Source: Spirogloea muscicola (Eukaryota). Taken from it: a stretch of 53,126 bases of DNA. The stretch covers positions 1,003,701-1,056,826 of the forward strand of contig WELB01000020.1 of NCBI GenBank assembly GCA_009602725.1, read 5' to 3'. Each line of letters starts with the position of its first letter. The stretch's first letter is position 1. A model generated the notes under the pieces. It searched no databases and was not told where the DNA came from. It saw nothing but the letters and a program-made list of their open reading frames with translations. This document shows positions 1 through 18,070 of this stretch, piece by piece. A program made the position numbers and the translations under genes.

Positions 1-1562
1 CCTGGCGCGGCGTGCAGCGGCCCGCCGCCTCGGGCAGCAGGGCGAGCAGCCCGGCTTCAACGTAGCCGGGTCCCTCGCTCAGGTGTTCCGTATGTGTTTG
101 GCCGTCTCGATGCAGCGGTCCCTCGCCTTCGCGGTTCACTTGCGCGCAGGCCGAGCTTTGGCGGCGGCCTCCGGCTTCCGTCAGGGCGACGTCTTTCCAC
201 CAGCTAGCTACTCGGATCTGCATCTCCTGTCTAGAGGTTACTGAGCGTTCCCTGGCTGATGTCTTAGTCCTAGTCGTTCGCACTCAAGCTCCCTCAGACC
301 TTGTCCATTCCTCTAGGCTGGCATTTCCCAGCCACCAGTCAATCTGGCCGCGCTTTCTCTCTTCAACGCGCTGGCCGTGCTATGAAGAAAGTGCTCGCCC
401 ATTGAGAATAGGGGCTGGAAAAGCCAGCCCAAAAACAGAAAAAGGATGAACAGAGTACGAGAAGGGGCCCAGGGAAAGCGCTAAGAAAAACAAGCACACA
501 GAGAAACAAAGCAGCTACGAATTACTCAGTAACCTCGGCTAAGCAGCCGCAGGTCGGATACCTAGGCTCGTGGAAGTGGGTCCCCTGGCCACAGCCAGAG
601 GCAGCAGCGAGGCCTCTGCCGGCACGAAGGTGCAACGCCCGGGCCAGAGACCTCTGCAGCGAGACGGCCAGGCGCATTCGATACACTTGCGCCAGCGACC
701 CGGCTGCAGGAAAGTCTACCGGCTCCCCATGGAAGCGACGGGCGATGGTGTGGCCAGCGAGCTGGGTGAGCAGCTCGAGCCACCGAGCGCCCAGCGCCCC
801 ATGGATGTCAAATGCCAACGGGAAGAACTCGTCTTTCCGCGGATGGTCTGCGTACTTCAGCTCTTTAGCCCGAGCAGCGCAGGCGACCGCAAACCCAGCC
901 TTGGTGGCACATTGGGCTGGGTGTGAGCGGTCGTAGGCATCAGTGGTCACCACGTCCAGGAGAAGACGTGGCCCGCCGGCCTGTGGGGTGGCCACCAGGT
1001 CTACACGCCGGGCGTGGAGACCGTCGGCCCTTTCCTGGCCGTGCTATGGCTGTTGCTTCCGGGTCTCGGCAGAGTGCCGCTTTTCCTGCTCAGAGTTACT
1101 CTGATCTGCTGTTGCTCACACGTGGATACTGAGCATCCATCTGCATCTCCCTCTGCACCGTCTTGCACTTTATGGTGTAGTCCTTTTTCGGCACTTCTTT
1201 CTTTGGCTTTGACTGTTGTCCATTCTTTTTGGGTTGGCTTTGCCAGCCCCTCTTCTCTATGGGCGGGCACTTTCTTTCCTTCAACGCTCCCTCGCTCATG
1301 CCGTCCACTTGCGGGCGGGCCGTGCTATCGTTGCTGCTTCCGGGTCTCGTCTGCCTGCATCTTTTCCAGCTTCGACCTACTCTGACCTGATGTTGCTCAC
1401 CCGCGGGTATTGAGCTTCTGTGGTTCCCTTATGTCTAGTTGTCTAGATGCCTAGCTGTGTGTTTCCCTTCTTTACGGCACCTGTTGTGGCCCTTTGGATT
1501 TTGTCCATTCTTTTTTGGCTGGCTTCTGCCAGCCCTTCTCTTCTATGGGCGAGCTCATTTTC
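1..1562. mobile_element. Pile of at least four CRE-like 3' fragments (1-362 +, 385-1000 -, 1010-1280 +, 1281-1562 +)
   Basis: Each encodes part of ...QRSLA.A.HLRAGRA.AAASG...SDL.LL(S/T)RGY-TGA (stops at 244, about 525 on -, 1132, 1413), followed by a subfamily-specific UTR. Confidence 0.85.
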
Positions 1563-1814
1563 AATGTTTCTCGCTCCCACGACAGTTGTTCCCTCAGCAT
1601 ATGTGCACTCTTGGTGCCCTCGCCCTTCAGGATTAGCTCACTTCCATCGACTCTTTTGTGGGGCTGGTATATCCCAGCCTCGCCCCGTTTCGGACAGCTG
1701 CTTTTGCCAAAGAGGGGGCCATGCCTGAGGATAGGCCAGCCAAGAGAAATTGACAGTCCCAAGGGGATGGAATCTGCTACGCACACGCTACGCTGATGGC
1801 GACCAGGAGTGGGG

Positions 1815-2260
1815 GCTAAATTACCCCAAGTCGGCAGCCGCAAGTCAGAGTAGCCTACAGCCGGAAAGCTGTCACCCTGGCGAGACCAGAAGCGGGAGAC
1901 ATAGGGCGGCCTGCCCGCTCGTGCAGTACAGAAGCTGAGAATGCTGGAGCGAGACTGATAGGCGAATTCGGAACATCATCCTCCCTTCTTCAGCGTCTGG
2001 CTCAGCAGGTTGACACGCACCGCCGTAGACGAAAAGGCAGATTGAGGCATGCTAGCGTTCCGCAGGCGATACTTGCGTGTTACAGGATGCGGCTCTCGTT
2101 TGCTAAGCCAGCAGCGTGTGCAGGCTTTGGCCCTTCCCCAGCGTGCTTGGTGGGACCTAGCTTAGCGTGCCGGGCGCGCAGTAAGCCACTTAACAATTTT
2201 CCTCTGCGGTTGTCCGGCTTCCAAACTAGCGTGTCCAAGTGCGATGTGCAGACTCGAGAT
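1815..2260. mobile_element. Two degenerate CRE-like 3' fragments (about 1815-1990 -, about 2040-2260 +)
   Basis: Decayed RQGDSFPAVGYSDLRL and YRMRLS motifs homologous to the neighbouring copies. Confidence 0.5.
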
Positions 2261-2851
2261 TGATGTAATCCACCTCCAGCTGTGCTTGTGCCCTGTGACC
2301 CCTCAGCCCTCTGAGCCCAGGGCTTCAGTTTCTGTGGCATTCTACTCCCACGGCCATGTTGCAGTGCCAAGCAGTGATATGAGCGTCGACGCCAAGGCAG
2401 CTTGGTGAGCCCGTGGTTGCCCTCCCCTGCAGAATTGGCAGTGTGGGCCCCTGCCGCCTTTGCACGTACACCGTCCACAGTGTACCCCACTTTTGCACCA
2501 GCCGAAAGCATTCTGTCGCCGAATGAAATGACGTGCACAAAGTGCAGCCATGCACCGGCACTAGCTGTTTTGGAGAAATTGCTATGTGACGTCTGGTACT
2601 TACAATCAAGTCGATGAATGAAGCAGTATGCATGTGAAGACGAGCATCGTGATTGTTGGTAAGTGATTGTATCTTCAGGGTGTGAGGGATGCATGACTAG
2701 AGACTTTGCTCTCTCTAACAGTAAAGGGTGTTGCTTCAGTAATAGTTGACTTAGTAAAGTACATCAAGCAGGATTGGCTGTGGGAGTGTCGAGCAGAGGG
2801 CGACGGCCGAGAGCAGTGCCTTAGAGGTGCTAGCGCAGTGACGGTTCTATT

Positions 2852-3945
2852 GGCTTTGCTCAGTTAAAGTAACCCGTGAGGTCGCACGTACAGATCATGA
2901 AAGGGAGCACAAAGTCATGACATTGGTACCAAGGCCTTGGGTGACCTTCAAATACCCGCCCAACCTTTCATGACAAAGGACAGCCCTGCCCATTCTGGCT
3001 GGCGGCACATCTTTCAAGCAAAAACGTTTCCTGTCAGCAACCTTTTCACCATGCTACTCTGAACTCTACCTTGTATGCCCAGGGCGTACGTAAACAGGCT
3101 ACGCTTTTGAGGTAGAGTAAAGTGCCCACATCGGAAGGGAGTCCACGAAGTGAAGCTCTCCAGCGAGGCCCCACAGCTGTGCCGCCTGGCTTGCTCATAC
3201 AGTGCAGTTTTGAAGCCCCTAATCTACCATACACAGCTCAATGTGCGAGGAAGGCATACTGAAAGCGGCTATTGGATGACACGCAGCAGAACGCCAGTTT
3301 AAATGAAGGCACATGAGCAGACTAAGTTGTGCATTAAATGTCTGCTTTGCCAAAGAATGTTACTTCTGGGCACGGAATGGGGATGAAGGTTTCATATTCC
3401 ATCAAGAGCTACGACAAGGGGGTGCGCTATCCTCTGGTGTATTATCTGCTGACAGCCTTGCTTGTCAGTCAGCCTCGACAACAACGTCTAGGAATACCAG
3501 GAGCTAGCTGCAATAAGTACAAGGGCTCGAGAAAAGGACTCAGTAGGTAAGGCTCAAAACAAACAGCTCTTCCAATGTGAGGCAATGGCTATATCAGGCC
3601 AGCTCGAAAGTGCCCCACTTGAGATTGTCCCGAGGGCGGAAACTTCCTATTTGTCCGGTGGTAGCAGATTCTATTTACGGCCAACAAGCGGGGACAGCGC
3701 ATGAGTGGCTGCTGCAGCTTGGCTCTGTGCACATCGATACTTTGAACGCCCCGCAGGACGTTGCCGCATGGAGCTGCAACAGAGAGCAGGCTGCCACAAG
3801 ACTAGGGGAAATGGGCGAATTCCCGTTCCCTCAGGTGTCGCTTAAGATTTAGATTTAGGCATTCAGGTCAGGGCCCAAAGAAGCACGACTGACAAGATCA
3901 CCGCCATCGATAATTCCATTGCCTGGGGGCAATGGCTGTGGAACA
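2852..3945. repeat. Diverged direct duplication, second copy about 7304-8950; unidentified, possibly decayed coding sequence
   Basis: Collinear shared blocks such as aagggagcacaaagtcatgaca, gacaagggggtgcgcta and gcagcttggctctgtgcacatcgatact. Confidence 0.8.
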
Positions 3946-3984
3946 TATGAAGTAGCTCTTTGAAGGAAGAAAGAGAGAATCTGC

Positions 3985-4640
3985 TCGGCCAATGTAAGGC
4001 GATGGCTGGGAGGCCAGCGCAAAGGAATGTGTAAGAGGCGAGGGCTGTGAAAGGCCGGCTCCAGGAAAAGGAAGACTCTTCAGGAGAGGGCAATGGCTTT
4101 CATTGGCCAGCCCAGAAAATGAAGGCGCCAGAGAAGGAAAGCGCGGCCAAACTGACTGGTGGCTCTGAGAGGCCAGCCCAAAGGAGCCAGAAAAGAGAAG
4201 AAGCACACTGCGACTCAAGTGGCCACTGGGTGCTCAATATCCCATGTCGAGCAGCCGCACCAAGAGCAACAGCGCTTCCGATATTGACTGGTGGCTGTGA
4301 GAGGCCAGCCCAGAGGATTGTACAGGGTCGGGAGGGGCCGGATGGCACAAAATTCAAGAGACCAAGTGCTAAGACGGCAGCACGGGGGCTCTCAGTAATG
4401 TCGAGTCAGTAAGTGCGAGTCAGCCTGACTAGCAGGCGGATAGACGTCGCCCTGACGAAAAGCGGAGGCCGCAGCTAAGGCGCAGCCTGCACGCAAGTGG
4501 ACAGCGAAGGCAAGGGACCGCTGCAGGGAAGTGGCCAAGCCCAGCCGGAACACTTGAGCAAGGGACCCGGCGGCATTAAAGCCAGGCTGCTCGTTCTGCT
4601 GCCATCGACGGCGAGCCGGACGAACTCAGTCCCCCGCTGG
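3985..4640 (-). mobile_element. Cluster of CRE-like 3' ends; the main copy is 4270-4640
   Basis: Reverse complement encodes EQPGFNAAGSLAQVFRL...QRSLAFAVHLRAG...RQGDV...LLTRHY-TGA, matching 1-244; additional UTR hairpin fragments at 3985-4250. Confidence 0.75.
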
Positions 4641-5332
4641 GTGATTGGCGTCTTCGTGTTCCTTGACGCTTGCGGCTTGGCGGTCTTGTGGACCTTGTTC
4701 ATTTCCTCGTATTCAGTCCTTCGTGCGGGCATCTAAACAGCCATTGCCCTTTTTTATCGCATGCGCCTGTCAATTCCGCTGCAGAGTCGATGACAATTTC
4801 TAATCGCCGGAAACTGCTTGCCTTCTGATAAATTTTAGTGACCGAAGTCGTCATTCAGGCCATAAAACAATATCGTGGGTCGCCCTTAAACACGGCCTTT
4901 GAGCAACTGCTCGGCAGTGTGTGATCACATTACGCTTGCGCAGCTGTCAGCCATTGGGCTCACACCCAATCGCCCCTTCACCACATGAGCGGCTCGTGCA
5001 CTTGGGTGCAGCTCTGCCCATCTCTGATGTCCTCGTCGCAGCTTCCAGCTTCCCGCGCCATCGCAGTGGGCGCAGCTCTCGTCGGTCTTGCATGTCCCAG
5101 TAATGTAACGTTTGTACTAATATCCAGGAGTTGGCAAGCACACGGTGCCCGCTGTCTTGCTGCTGTCGAGGTTGGCACATTCTCCGGCGCTGCCCAGACA
5201 TGACGTGACTTGTTTGAAGGTGAGAGAGGTATCGACATTGCAAGGAGCACAATGGTGAATGACCAAGAAGGCTGCGTTGTAAGACTGTGGTACTTTTCAT
5301 AAGTGCGGCAGGTGGTGTGGCTAGCCTATCGG

Positions 5333-5492
5333 TCTCAGGCTACACTGGCCTTGGGATCGAGGGTGGAGGGGGAGCCAAATGGGCCAAAGAGCCTGCTCCA
5401 AAGAAAACAGAACCATACTTTCCGACCAAAGATAAGCGAGCGGAGGGCTGAAACCGAGTAGCTTTACTCGGTCAAGTCTCTTCCTCTTAGCC
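5333..5492 (+). repeat. Structured dispersed repeat (copies at about 41615-41760, 50250-50370, 51485-51530, 51605-51762)
   Basis: Shared core caggctacactggccttgg...ccaaatgggcca, plus a second hairpin accgag...ctcggt in the 5.4 kb and 51.7 kb copies. Confidence 0.75.
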
Positions 5493-6290
5493 GATTTGCC
5501 GCCGCCACCGCCGCCGCCGTCATCGTGGTCGTCGTTGCTGCCATTGTCGCTGCCATCGCCGCTGCTGCTGTCGTCGGCGCTGTCTCCGCCGCCGCCACCG
5601 CTGAACAACCAGCGGACATCGAGCGAGCGTCCCGGACGGGCCAGGAAGGCACGGGCGGGCGCGTTAGGTCGACTGCTGAAGTGCCTTCCACTGGTGAACT
5701 CCGTCAACCGGTACGTAAACCGGTGCGTTGGATAGATGCACGTGATCTTGCTCTACCCTCAACGGTTGTATTGAGTGCATCTTTGTGAGCATACAGTACC
5801 GACAAAAAACCCTTCATTCGGCGCCGATGGGTTACTGGCTCTAAGACCCTCCATTGGGCGTGAAACTGGGTACTGTCTGAAGTCTCGTAGTCGGGCATGA
5901 AACTGCTTACTCTCTGAAGTCCCTTAATTGGGCGTTATCAGATTTTCCGTTACTATTCTAAAGACCGATACTGTCACTGACACTGTTGCTGTGACGGTTA
6001 CTGGGCACTAGCTTCGGATCTAGTCCTTGCATCACTGTTGTTTGCTTGGTGTCTCCGCTGCCTCTTCACTAAGATTGGAAATGCTCCATCACAAGCCTCA
6101 ATGACCTTCTCATTCCGATTCTACACTGTCTATCTCATCTCAAAGCAAGTAATGTCCAATTTTCTCGTGTTCTATGTCCCTTTCACAATGTTTAGCGTTG
6201 CCGGTCATGTCGACTCCATCTTGCCACCTGAATTTCACACAACTCTATCCTATCGACGTTAAAAAGCAAACGACACCAGGTGGCATGACA

Positions 6291-6665
6291 AGTCTCCCCG
6301 GATAAGGTAGGCCTCGGGCACCCATCGGACTTACTCCAAATCTGAGGCCACGCGGTGCGCCCGTGCGCCCTAGCCATGGCTGCCACCCACATTGGGTGAG
6401 GGCGGAGCCTGTGCTTTCTGACTGATTGTCTAACATCTAAATCTGTCTGCCGCCATGAGCGCATCTGCATCTGAGCCGCTGCGACGAGGTCGATCTGCTG
6501 GGCCGCCGCCTCAACGAGGGCGATCTATTGGACCTGTGGACAAGGGCAAACGTCCAATGGAGGAGCTCGACTGGAGGAATGCAGACTCTGGGAACGCTGT
6601 GTACAACATACAGGGACACGTACAGGAGCAGGTATAAGACCGCACAGCCCAGGAAAGTTTCAGGG
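6291..6665 (+). repeat. Dispersed repeat, second copy 32332-32705; GC-rich leader plus short Arg/Pro-rich ORF
   Basis: Both copies read MS(A/T)SASE(P/Q)LRRGRSAGPPPQRGRS...PMEE.DWRNADS after gccgccATG. Confidence 0.8.
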
Positions 6666-6689
6666 AGAGCCACTTCTACTCTTCCGAAG

Positions 6690-7290
6690 ATGGCAGGGGC
6701 TGTGTGAGAGAGAGACTCTTCAATTGGAGGGCGATGTGCACAGAGTGCCTCGTGGCCAGAGAAAAGAATGAAGAAAGGTCGAATGTGCCAAGAGAAAGCG
6801 TTACAAGTAGAAGTGCTCGCCCTTTCTTAGCGCTTCCCCTGACCCCCTTCTCGTACTCTGTTCATTCTTTTTTGGGCTGACTTTTCCAGCCCCTATCCTC
6901 AATGGGCGAGCACTTTCTGCATAAAGGATAGGGCTAGGAAAGGCCAGCCCAGAAGAATGAACAAAGTTCGAAGGGGCCAGGGGAAGCGCCAAAAAGGCAA
7001 GCACAGGAAGAAGCGGCTGCGAAAAACTCAGTAACCCCTGCTAAGCAGCCGCAGGTCAAAGAAAGTGGCTCCTGGTACGGATCCCCTGGCCAGGGCCAGA
7101 GGCAGCAGCGAGGGCACGACCGGCACGCTGATGCAGCGCGCGGGCCATGGACAACTGCAGCGAGACGGACAGTGCATGCAGTACACCTGCGCGAGCTAGA
7201 AACCCGCTACCCACTACCAGGAGCCGATTTCTCCGACCTGCGGCTGCTTAGCAGGGGTTACTGAGTGTATCGTAGCTGCTTGGTTCCAGA
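6690..7290. mobile_element. Cluster of CRE-like 3' fragments in both orientations
   Basis: UTR motif gggctg...ccagcccctatcctcaatgggcgagcacttt on + (6870-6918) and on - (6920-7200); SDLRLLSRGY-TGA on + near 7264. Confidence 0.75.
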
Positions 7291-9242
7291 CAGACGTGCT
7301 ACTGGCTTTGTTCGCCAAAAGTATGACCCGTGAGGTAGCATGTACACGTCAAGGGAGCACAAAGTCATGACACTGGTTCCAGGCCTTGCGTGACCTTCAA
7401 GTACCGGTACAACCCTTTCATGATAGAAAGATAGCCCTGCCCGTGCTGGCTAGCGACATATTTCGCAGATGGAAATGTATGCTGTCAACAAACTTTTGAG
7501 CATGCTACTTCTGAGCTCTACTGTCTTTGCCCAAGGCATACGTAGACAGACTAAGCCCAAAAACTATCAACGATACAAGCTCTCTAAATGGAGATTGGCA
7601 GCTGTCTCCGTCTCCCAACGGTCGCCACTCTCCAGCAGCTTTTCCTTGTCATACAGAAGCTCCTGTTGAGGAAAGCACAATGTAAGCAACCGTCATGAAG
7701 CTGGCATGGCTTGCAACCTTTAGTGCCCCGAGGAAATATACTACTTGATTGCAACGCGAGTGTACCAAGAGGATCTGTAAGTGACAGCTCACTTCATGAG
7801 TTTCAGTTGCAAAACTTGAAGGGGCCTTTCCACAATCGCGTCAACAGGGCAAGCCTCTTGGCAAATCCACAGTAGATGCACTTGGTCATGTCAACATCAT
7901 GTCTTGTTGTTCTTCGGCTTTTGTAGTAAGGTGAAGTGCCCACTTCAGAAGGGAGTCTAGGTAGAGAAGCTCGTCAGCGAGGCCCACAGCTGAGCCGCCT
8001 GGCTCGCTCGAATGGTGCGGTTTGAAGCCCCTCATCCGCCAAACACACCTTGATGTGCGTGGCAGGGATACTGAAGAGGCTGTTGGATGCGACACGCAGC
8101 AGAAGGCCAGCCAAACGAGGCACATAAGCCGACTAACTTTGCATTATATTTCCCCCTTTTTCCAAAGAATGTTACTGCTGGGCACGGAGTCGGGAGAAGG
8201 TTCCGCATCACATTAGGCATTCAGCCTCAAGACAAGGGGGTGCGCTACCCTCTGGTCGTTGATTTGCTAACAGCCTTGCTTGGCTGTCAGCCTTGAGATG
8301 AAGGTCTAGGGGTCTATGAGCTAGCTGGAAAAAAAGTACAAGGGCTCGAAGGAGCACTCTGTAGGTAAGAGCTAGAATGAAACAGCTTTTCCTTATGTAT
8401 GGTTATGGCTGCCATGTATTAGTCCAAAAGCGCCCCAATCTTTGCAAGAGAGTAAAACTTTTCCATTCATAAAAAGGAAGACTATCAGTAAAGGGCGATG
8501 GCTGTGATTGGCCAGCCCCAGAATAAAGAATGGGCACTTCGAAGGGGCCAGAAAAGCCTTCAAGCTTGCATCGACTCAAGTGGCCACTGGGTGCTCAATA
8601 TCCCCTATCAAAGAAGGGTCCCGGGCGGGGGGGTACATCTCATTTGCCTATAGCAGCGATCTACAGATACGGCCAACAAATGCAGACGGCTTCCGATGAT
8701 TGCATATAAACGGCTGCCGCAGCTTGGCTCTGTGCACATCGATACTTGAAGAATCTGCAGGACGTTTGCCGCATGGAGCTGCAACAGTGAGCAGGCTGCC
8801 ATAGTGGGTGGAAAGCGGCGACACGGCAATCTTTCAGGTGTGGCTTAGGGCTTAAGATTTATGGCGGAGGATTAAGCCTGGGCCCTAGAGAAGCACGACT
8901 TAGAGGTCACCGCCACCGAAAGTCCATTACCTCGGAGCAATGGCTGTGAGAAGTCCAAAGCTTTCTGAAAAGGCGGGGCTGTTGAAGAAGAAAGACTATC
9001 TAGTAGAGGAAAGACGCTTTCAGGAGAGGGCGGTGGCTGGGAGAGACCAGCCCAGAAAAAAGAGTCAAAGTCCGAAGGGGCCAGGGAAAGCGCTGAAGCA
9101 CACACGGAAACAGTGGAGGGCGATGGCTGAGACTAGGCAGCCCAAGAAGAAGACTATCGAGTCCTTTTCCAGAGACGGGTGGGGGCCAGAAAAGCGCTAC
9201 AGCACACAGCGACTCAGTAGCCACTGGGTGCTCAACATCCCC

Positions 9243-9939
9243 TTCCACAATGTCCTACGAGACGCCCTGGCGGGCTTGATGCGCGACGCCGGCTACCGCG
9301 CCATTGTGGAAGTAAGCAATGTAAAGCCCATCACCACGGATTTCCAGGGTGGCCATCACCGTCGCACCCTGGACATTGTGGGTGTACAACCTGGCGGAGG
9401 TCCACGAGCCTTGGTGGAAGTGGTGGTGCCCGAGGCATACAAGAGCTCCGCTTCCACACACATTGCTGGCCACGCAGTGGGAGGTGCTGAGCAGAGAAAG
9501 CTCCGACACTACTCTGACTACCCCCGCAGCGACCACCTTCTCCCGGCCGCAATCGACACTTTGGGCTGCTTGGGTCCTCGCTTCCATACCCTACTTGAGA
9601 ACATAGCGAGTATTGGATATGCACGACGCGAAGCTATGCTTCCAGCCCAGATGGGTATGCCGGCAGCCTATTTGCCATTTTTGCGATGTCGAGTGTCAGC
9701 TTGTCTGCAGCGAGCTCAGGCTCATGCGTTGCATCAAAAAGCTGGTCGAGCCTTGGCTGGTAGTTCAAGAGCTTGTCGATTGCCGTCCGGTATTCGAGCA
9801 TCAGTTAGCGACCTCTATGTGCTGACTCGTGGTTACTGAGCGGGTCAGCTTAGCAGCAGGTGACGTACGTTTGTCAATGTGCTTGCCTTTGTACTTGGCC
9901 ACACATGGCCTCCCCATCTTTTAACACACACGTTTTCCT
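9243..9939 (+). mobile_element. 5'-truncated CRE-like element (RLE plus 3' UTR)
   Basis: HNVLRDALAGLMRDAGY...SDLYVLTRGY-TGA (9839); the UTR matches those at 18622-18720 and 42400-42500. Confidence 0.85.
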
Positions 9940-10096
9940 GTTGAGCAGCCGCACAAAGAATACGACAATGTCCAGACCCTACGGAGGGCGGAATGGCTGT
10001 GAAAGGCACTTGGGGGGGTGAGTGGCGGCCCTCATCATCACAGGCAGCGGGAGAAGCGCCGCATTGCGCGGCGCGGCCGGCGGCGCCGCCGTCGCC

Positions 10097-15976
<5,880 letters not shown>

Positions 15977-16807
15977 CAGAGGAAGGCCGACTGACCTGGG
16001 AAGCACTTTGGCACCTTGATGGTCGCTGTTACTTGCCATCCACACTGCCTCTGATTCCAATCTTAAGTTTAACTAATTCGACCCTCCAATTCGCATAGAA
16101 GGTCTCTAATGTCCTTTGATTGCTGTTCCTTTGGGGCCATGATTGACAACAAGCTGTCCAGCCGTGGACCTCGCTCTGAGGATCTTCTATCTGCGTTGTG
16201 TTATTATTTTACATTATTTGTTCTTGAAGCACTCAATAGTTGTGAGAATTGATCAATTGATCTTTTGGGGCTCTGTGAAAGTGGTCTTTGCTAAAGATTG
16301 GGGCGAATTTTTATGCCAGTACACATTCTCACTTGGATAAGCAGCCACAGTCATCACTGTTTAGCAACTCCATGTAAAGTCTTAGAGCTCAATGGACTAA
16401 TGCATTGAGTTTTTCCAAGAGTGGGTTGCCTAGGAAGTTGTACTGCTTTTGCTGCAGGGCACCCACCGCCTGCTGGTGTATAGTCATATTCCCTGCAATT
16501 GCCGACGCTTATGCAGATGCCATATCCTCCTCTTGCAAACTTTTGGAATCTTATGTTGGCAGCGGAAATTATGCTCATCATACAGATTCCGTGGGAGGTC
16601 AGTTCTAACTGATGGCACACTCAGGCGGGCTCTGCGAGATGCCTTGCTGGTGCCTGCCCGCAGTCAAGCAGGGCGAAGTCAACCGGCTGGGAGTCCAAAA
16701 GCCGTCGGTGGTGGTCAGTCAGCCCGTCCCGAAGAAGAAGACCGCGGCTGCTTAGCGCATGTATATCTTATTCGAAACAGAGACGGCGAGCATCAGCTCC
16801 ACCTGAC

Positions 16808-16970
16808 CGCACACAGAGCTTTCGCGCACACAGCGCCGCCCAGCCGCACACAGAACCGCCGTGCACACAACGCCGCCTTGCCGCACACAGAGCCGCCGCG
16901 CACACAGCGCCGCCTCGCCGCACACAGAGCCGCCGCGCGCACAGCGCCGCCTAGCCGCACACAGAGCCGC
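16808..16970 (+). repeat. Minisatellite, about 37-nt unit (gcacacagagccgccgcgcacacagcgccgcctcgcc), 4-5 copies
   Basis: Visible tandem repetition with internal gcacacag subrepeats. Confidence 0.85.
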
Positions 16971-17039
16971 GAGATTGTTCGGGGTTCATGCAATCTGCCG
17001 GGGCCTCCCTTATCTCTTAACACTCTTTGGGGCACAATC

Positions 17040-18070
17040 CAGACTGGTTACGGCAGTGGAAGACGAACGCCGCAGAAGGTTGAGGAGGCTGCCAGAGATT
17101 CAGAACAATCCGAGGAGCTTGGCAAGACTCACTTCTCTGGCCACACCTGGTGCCACTGACTGGATCACCTCTCCCCCCGTCGCCAACGCCTTCAGCATCA
17201 GCTCCGAGGCCTTTCGGACATCGCTTCATCTCTTCCTCGGCCTCCCACCTAATTGCCTCATTGGGGTGCGCCAGTGCGAGTGCGGCTTCCGTGCAGAGGG
17301 TGCTGTGCTCGCCACTCACATGCTGAGATGCCCCACTGGACCAGAAGTGGTGGGCATTCACAACCTCCTTCGCGATGCCCTGGCGGGCTTGATGCGCGAC
17401 GCCGGCTACCGTGCGGTCGTGGAAGTCAACAATATCATGCCTATCACCACGGACGCCCAGGGACGTCATCATCGCCGCACACTTGACATTGTGGGCGTGC
17501 AACCTGGTGGAGGACCACGGGCCCTGGTCGACGTTGTTGTTACGGAGGCATATAAAGGCCCAGCATCAACACACATTGCTGGGCACGCAGTGGGCGGAGC
17601 AGAGCAAAGAAAACTGCGGCATTACTCCGATTGCCCCCAATGCGATCAACTCCTGCCAGCTGCAATCGACATCTTTGGCTGTCTGGGTCCTCGCTTCCAC
17701 ACTCTGCTTCAAAACACTGCCAATCTAGGCTACACTCGACGCGCAGATGTGTTTCCGGCTGAGATGGGCTTGCCAGCTGCATATCTGTCGCTCTTGCGAC
17801 GTCGAGTTTCGGCCTGTTTGCAGCGTGCTCAGGCTAGTGCCTTGCACCAGAAAGCTGGGCGAGCTCTAGTAGGTGGCAGAAGGGCTCCGTTCCTGGCATC
17901 TAGTATTCATGCATCGAGTAGTGACCTTTATGTTTTGACCTGTGGTTATTGAGCGGGTCAATCTGCTGTAGGTTATGTAGATTTTTAGATGTGCTTGCCG
18001 TCGTACCTGGCCATTTGGCCTACATTTCTTTCTAATACACGATCTCTCTTAACACACACGCGTTCCTTAT
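17040..18070 (+). mobile_element. 5'-truncated CRE-like element (intact CCHC and RLE region plus 3' UTR)
   Basis: ORF 16861-17952 includes DWITSPP, CECG...HMLRC...H, RTLDIVG...LVDVVV, ending SDLYVLTCGY-TGA. Confidence 0.85.

Noticed and set aside
5464..5788. Poly-Pro/Ala/Gly ORFs on both strands
   Set aside because: GCC-rich low-complexity DNA is open in most frames; no domain or splice support.
8940..9839. A 299-aa single gene
   Set aside because: The first third is the antisense of another element's 3' UTR fused by chance to the RLE fragment.
9825..9939. Conserved TGA plus hairpin as a selenocysteine read-through (SECIS) signal
   Set aside because: No conserved peptide follows the stop, one subfamily uses TAA (40083-40085), and I saw no SECIS AUGA/GA core.
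16808..16970. CRISPR-like array
   Set aside because: The units are contiguous with no unique spacers and no cas genes; it is a minisatellite.
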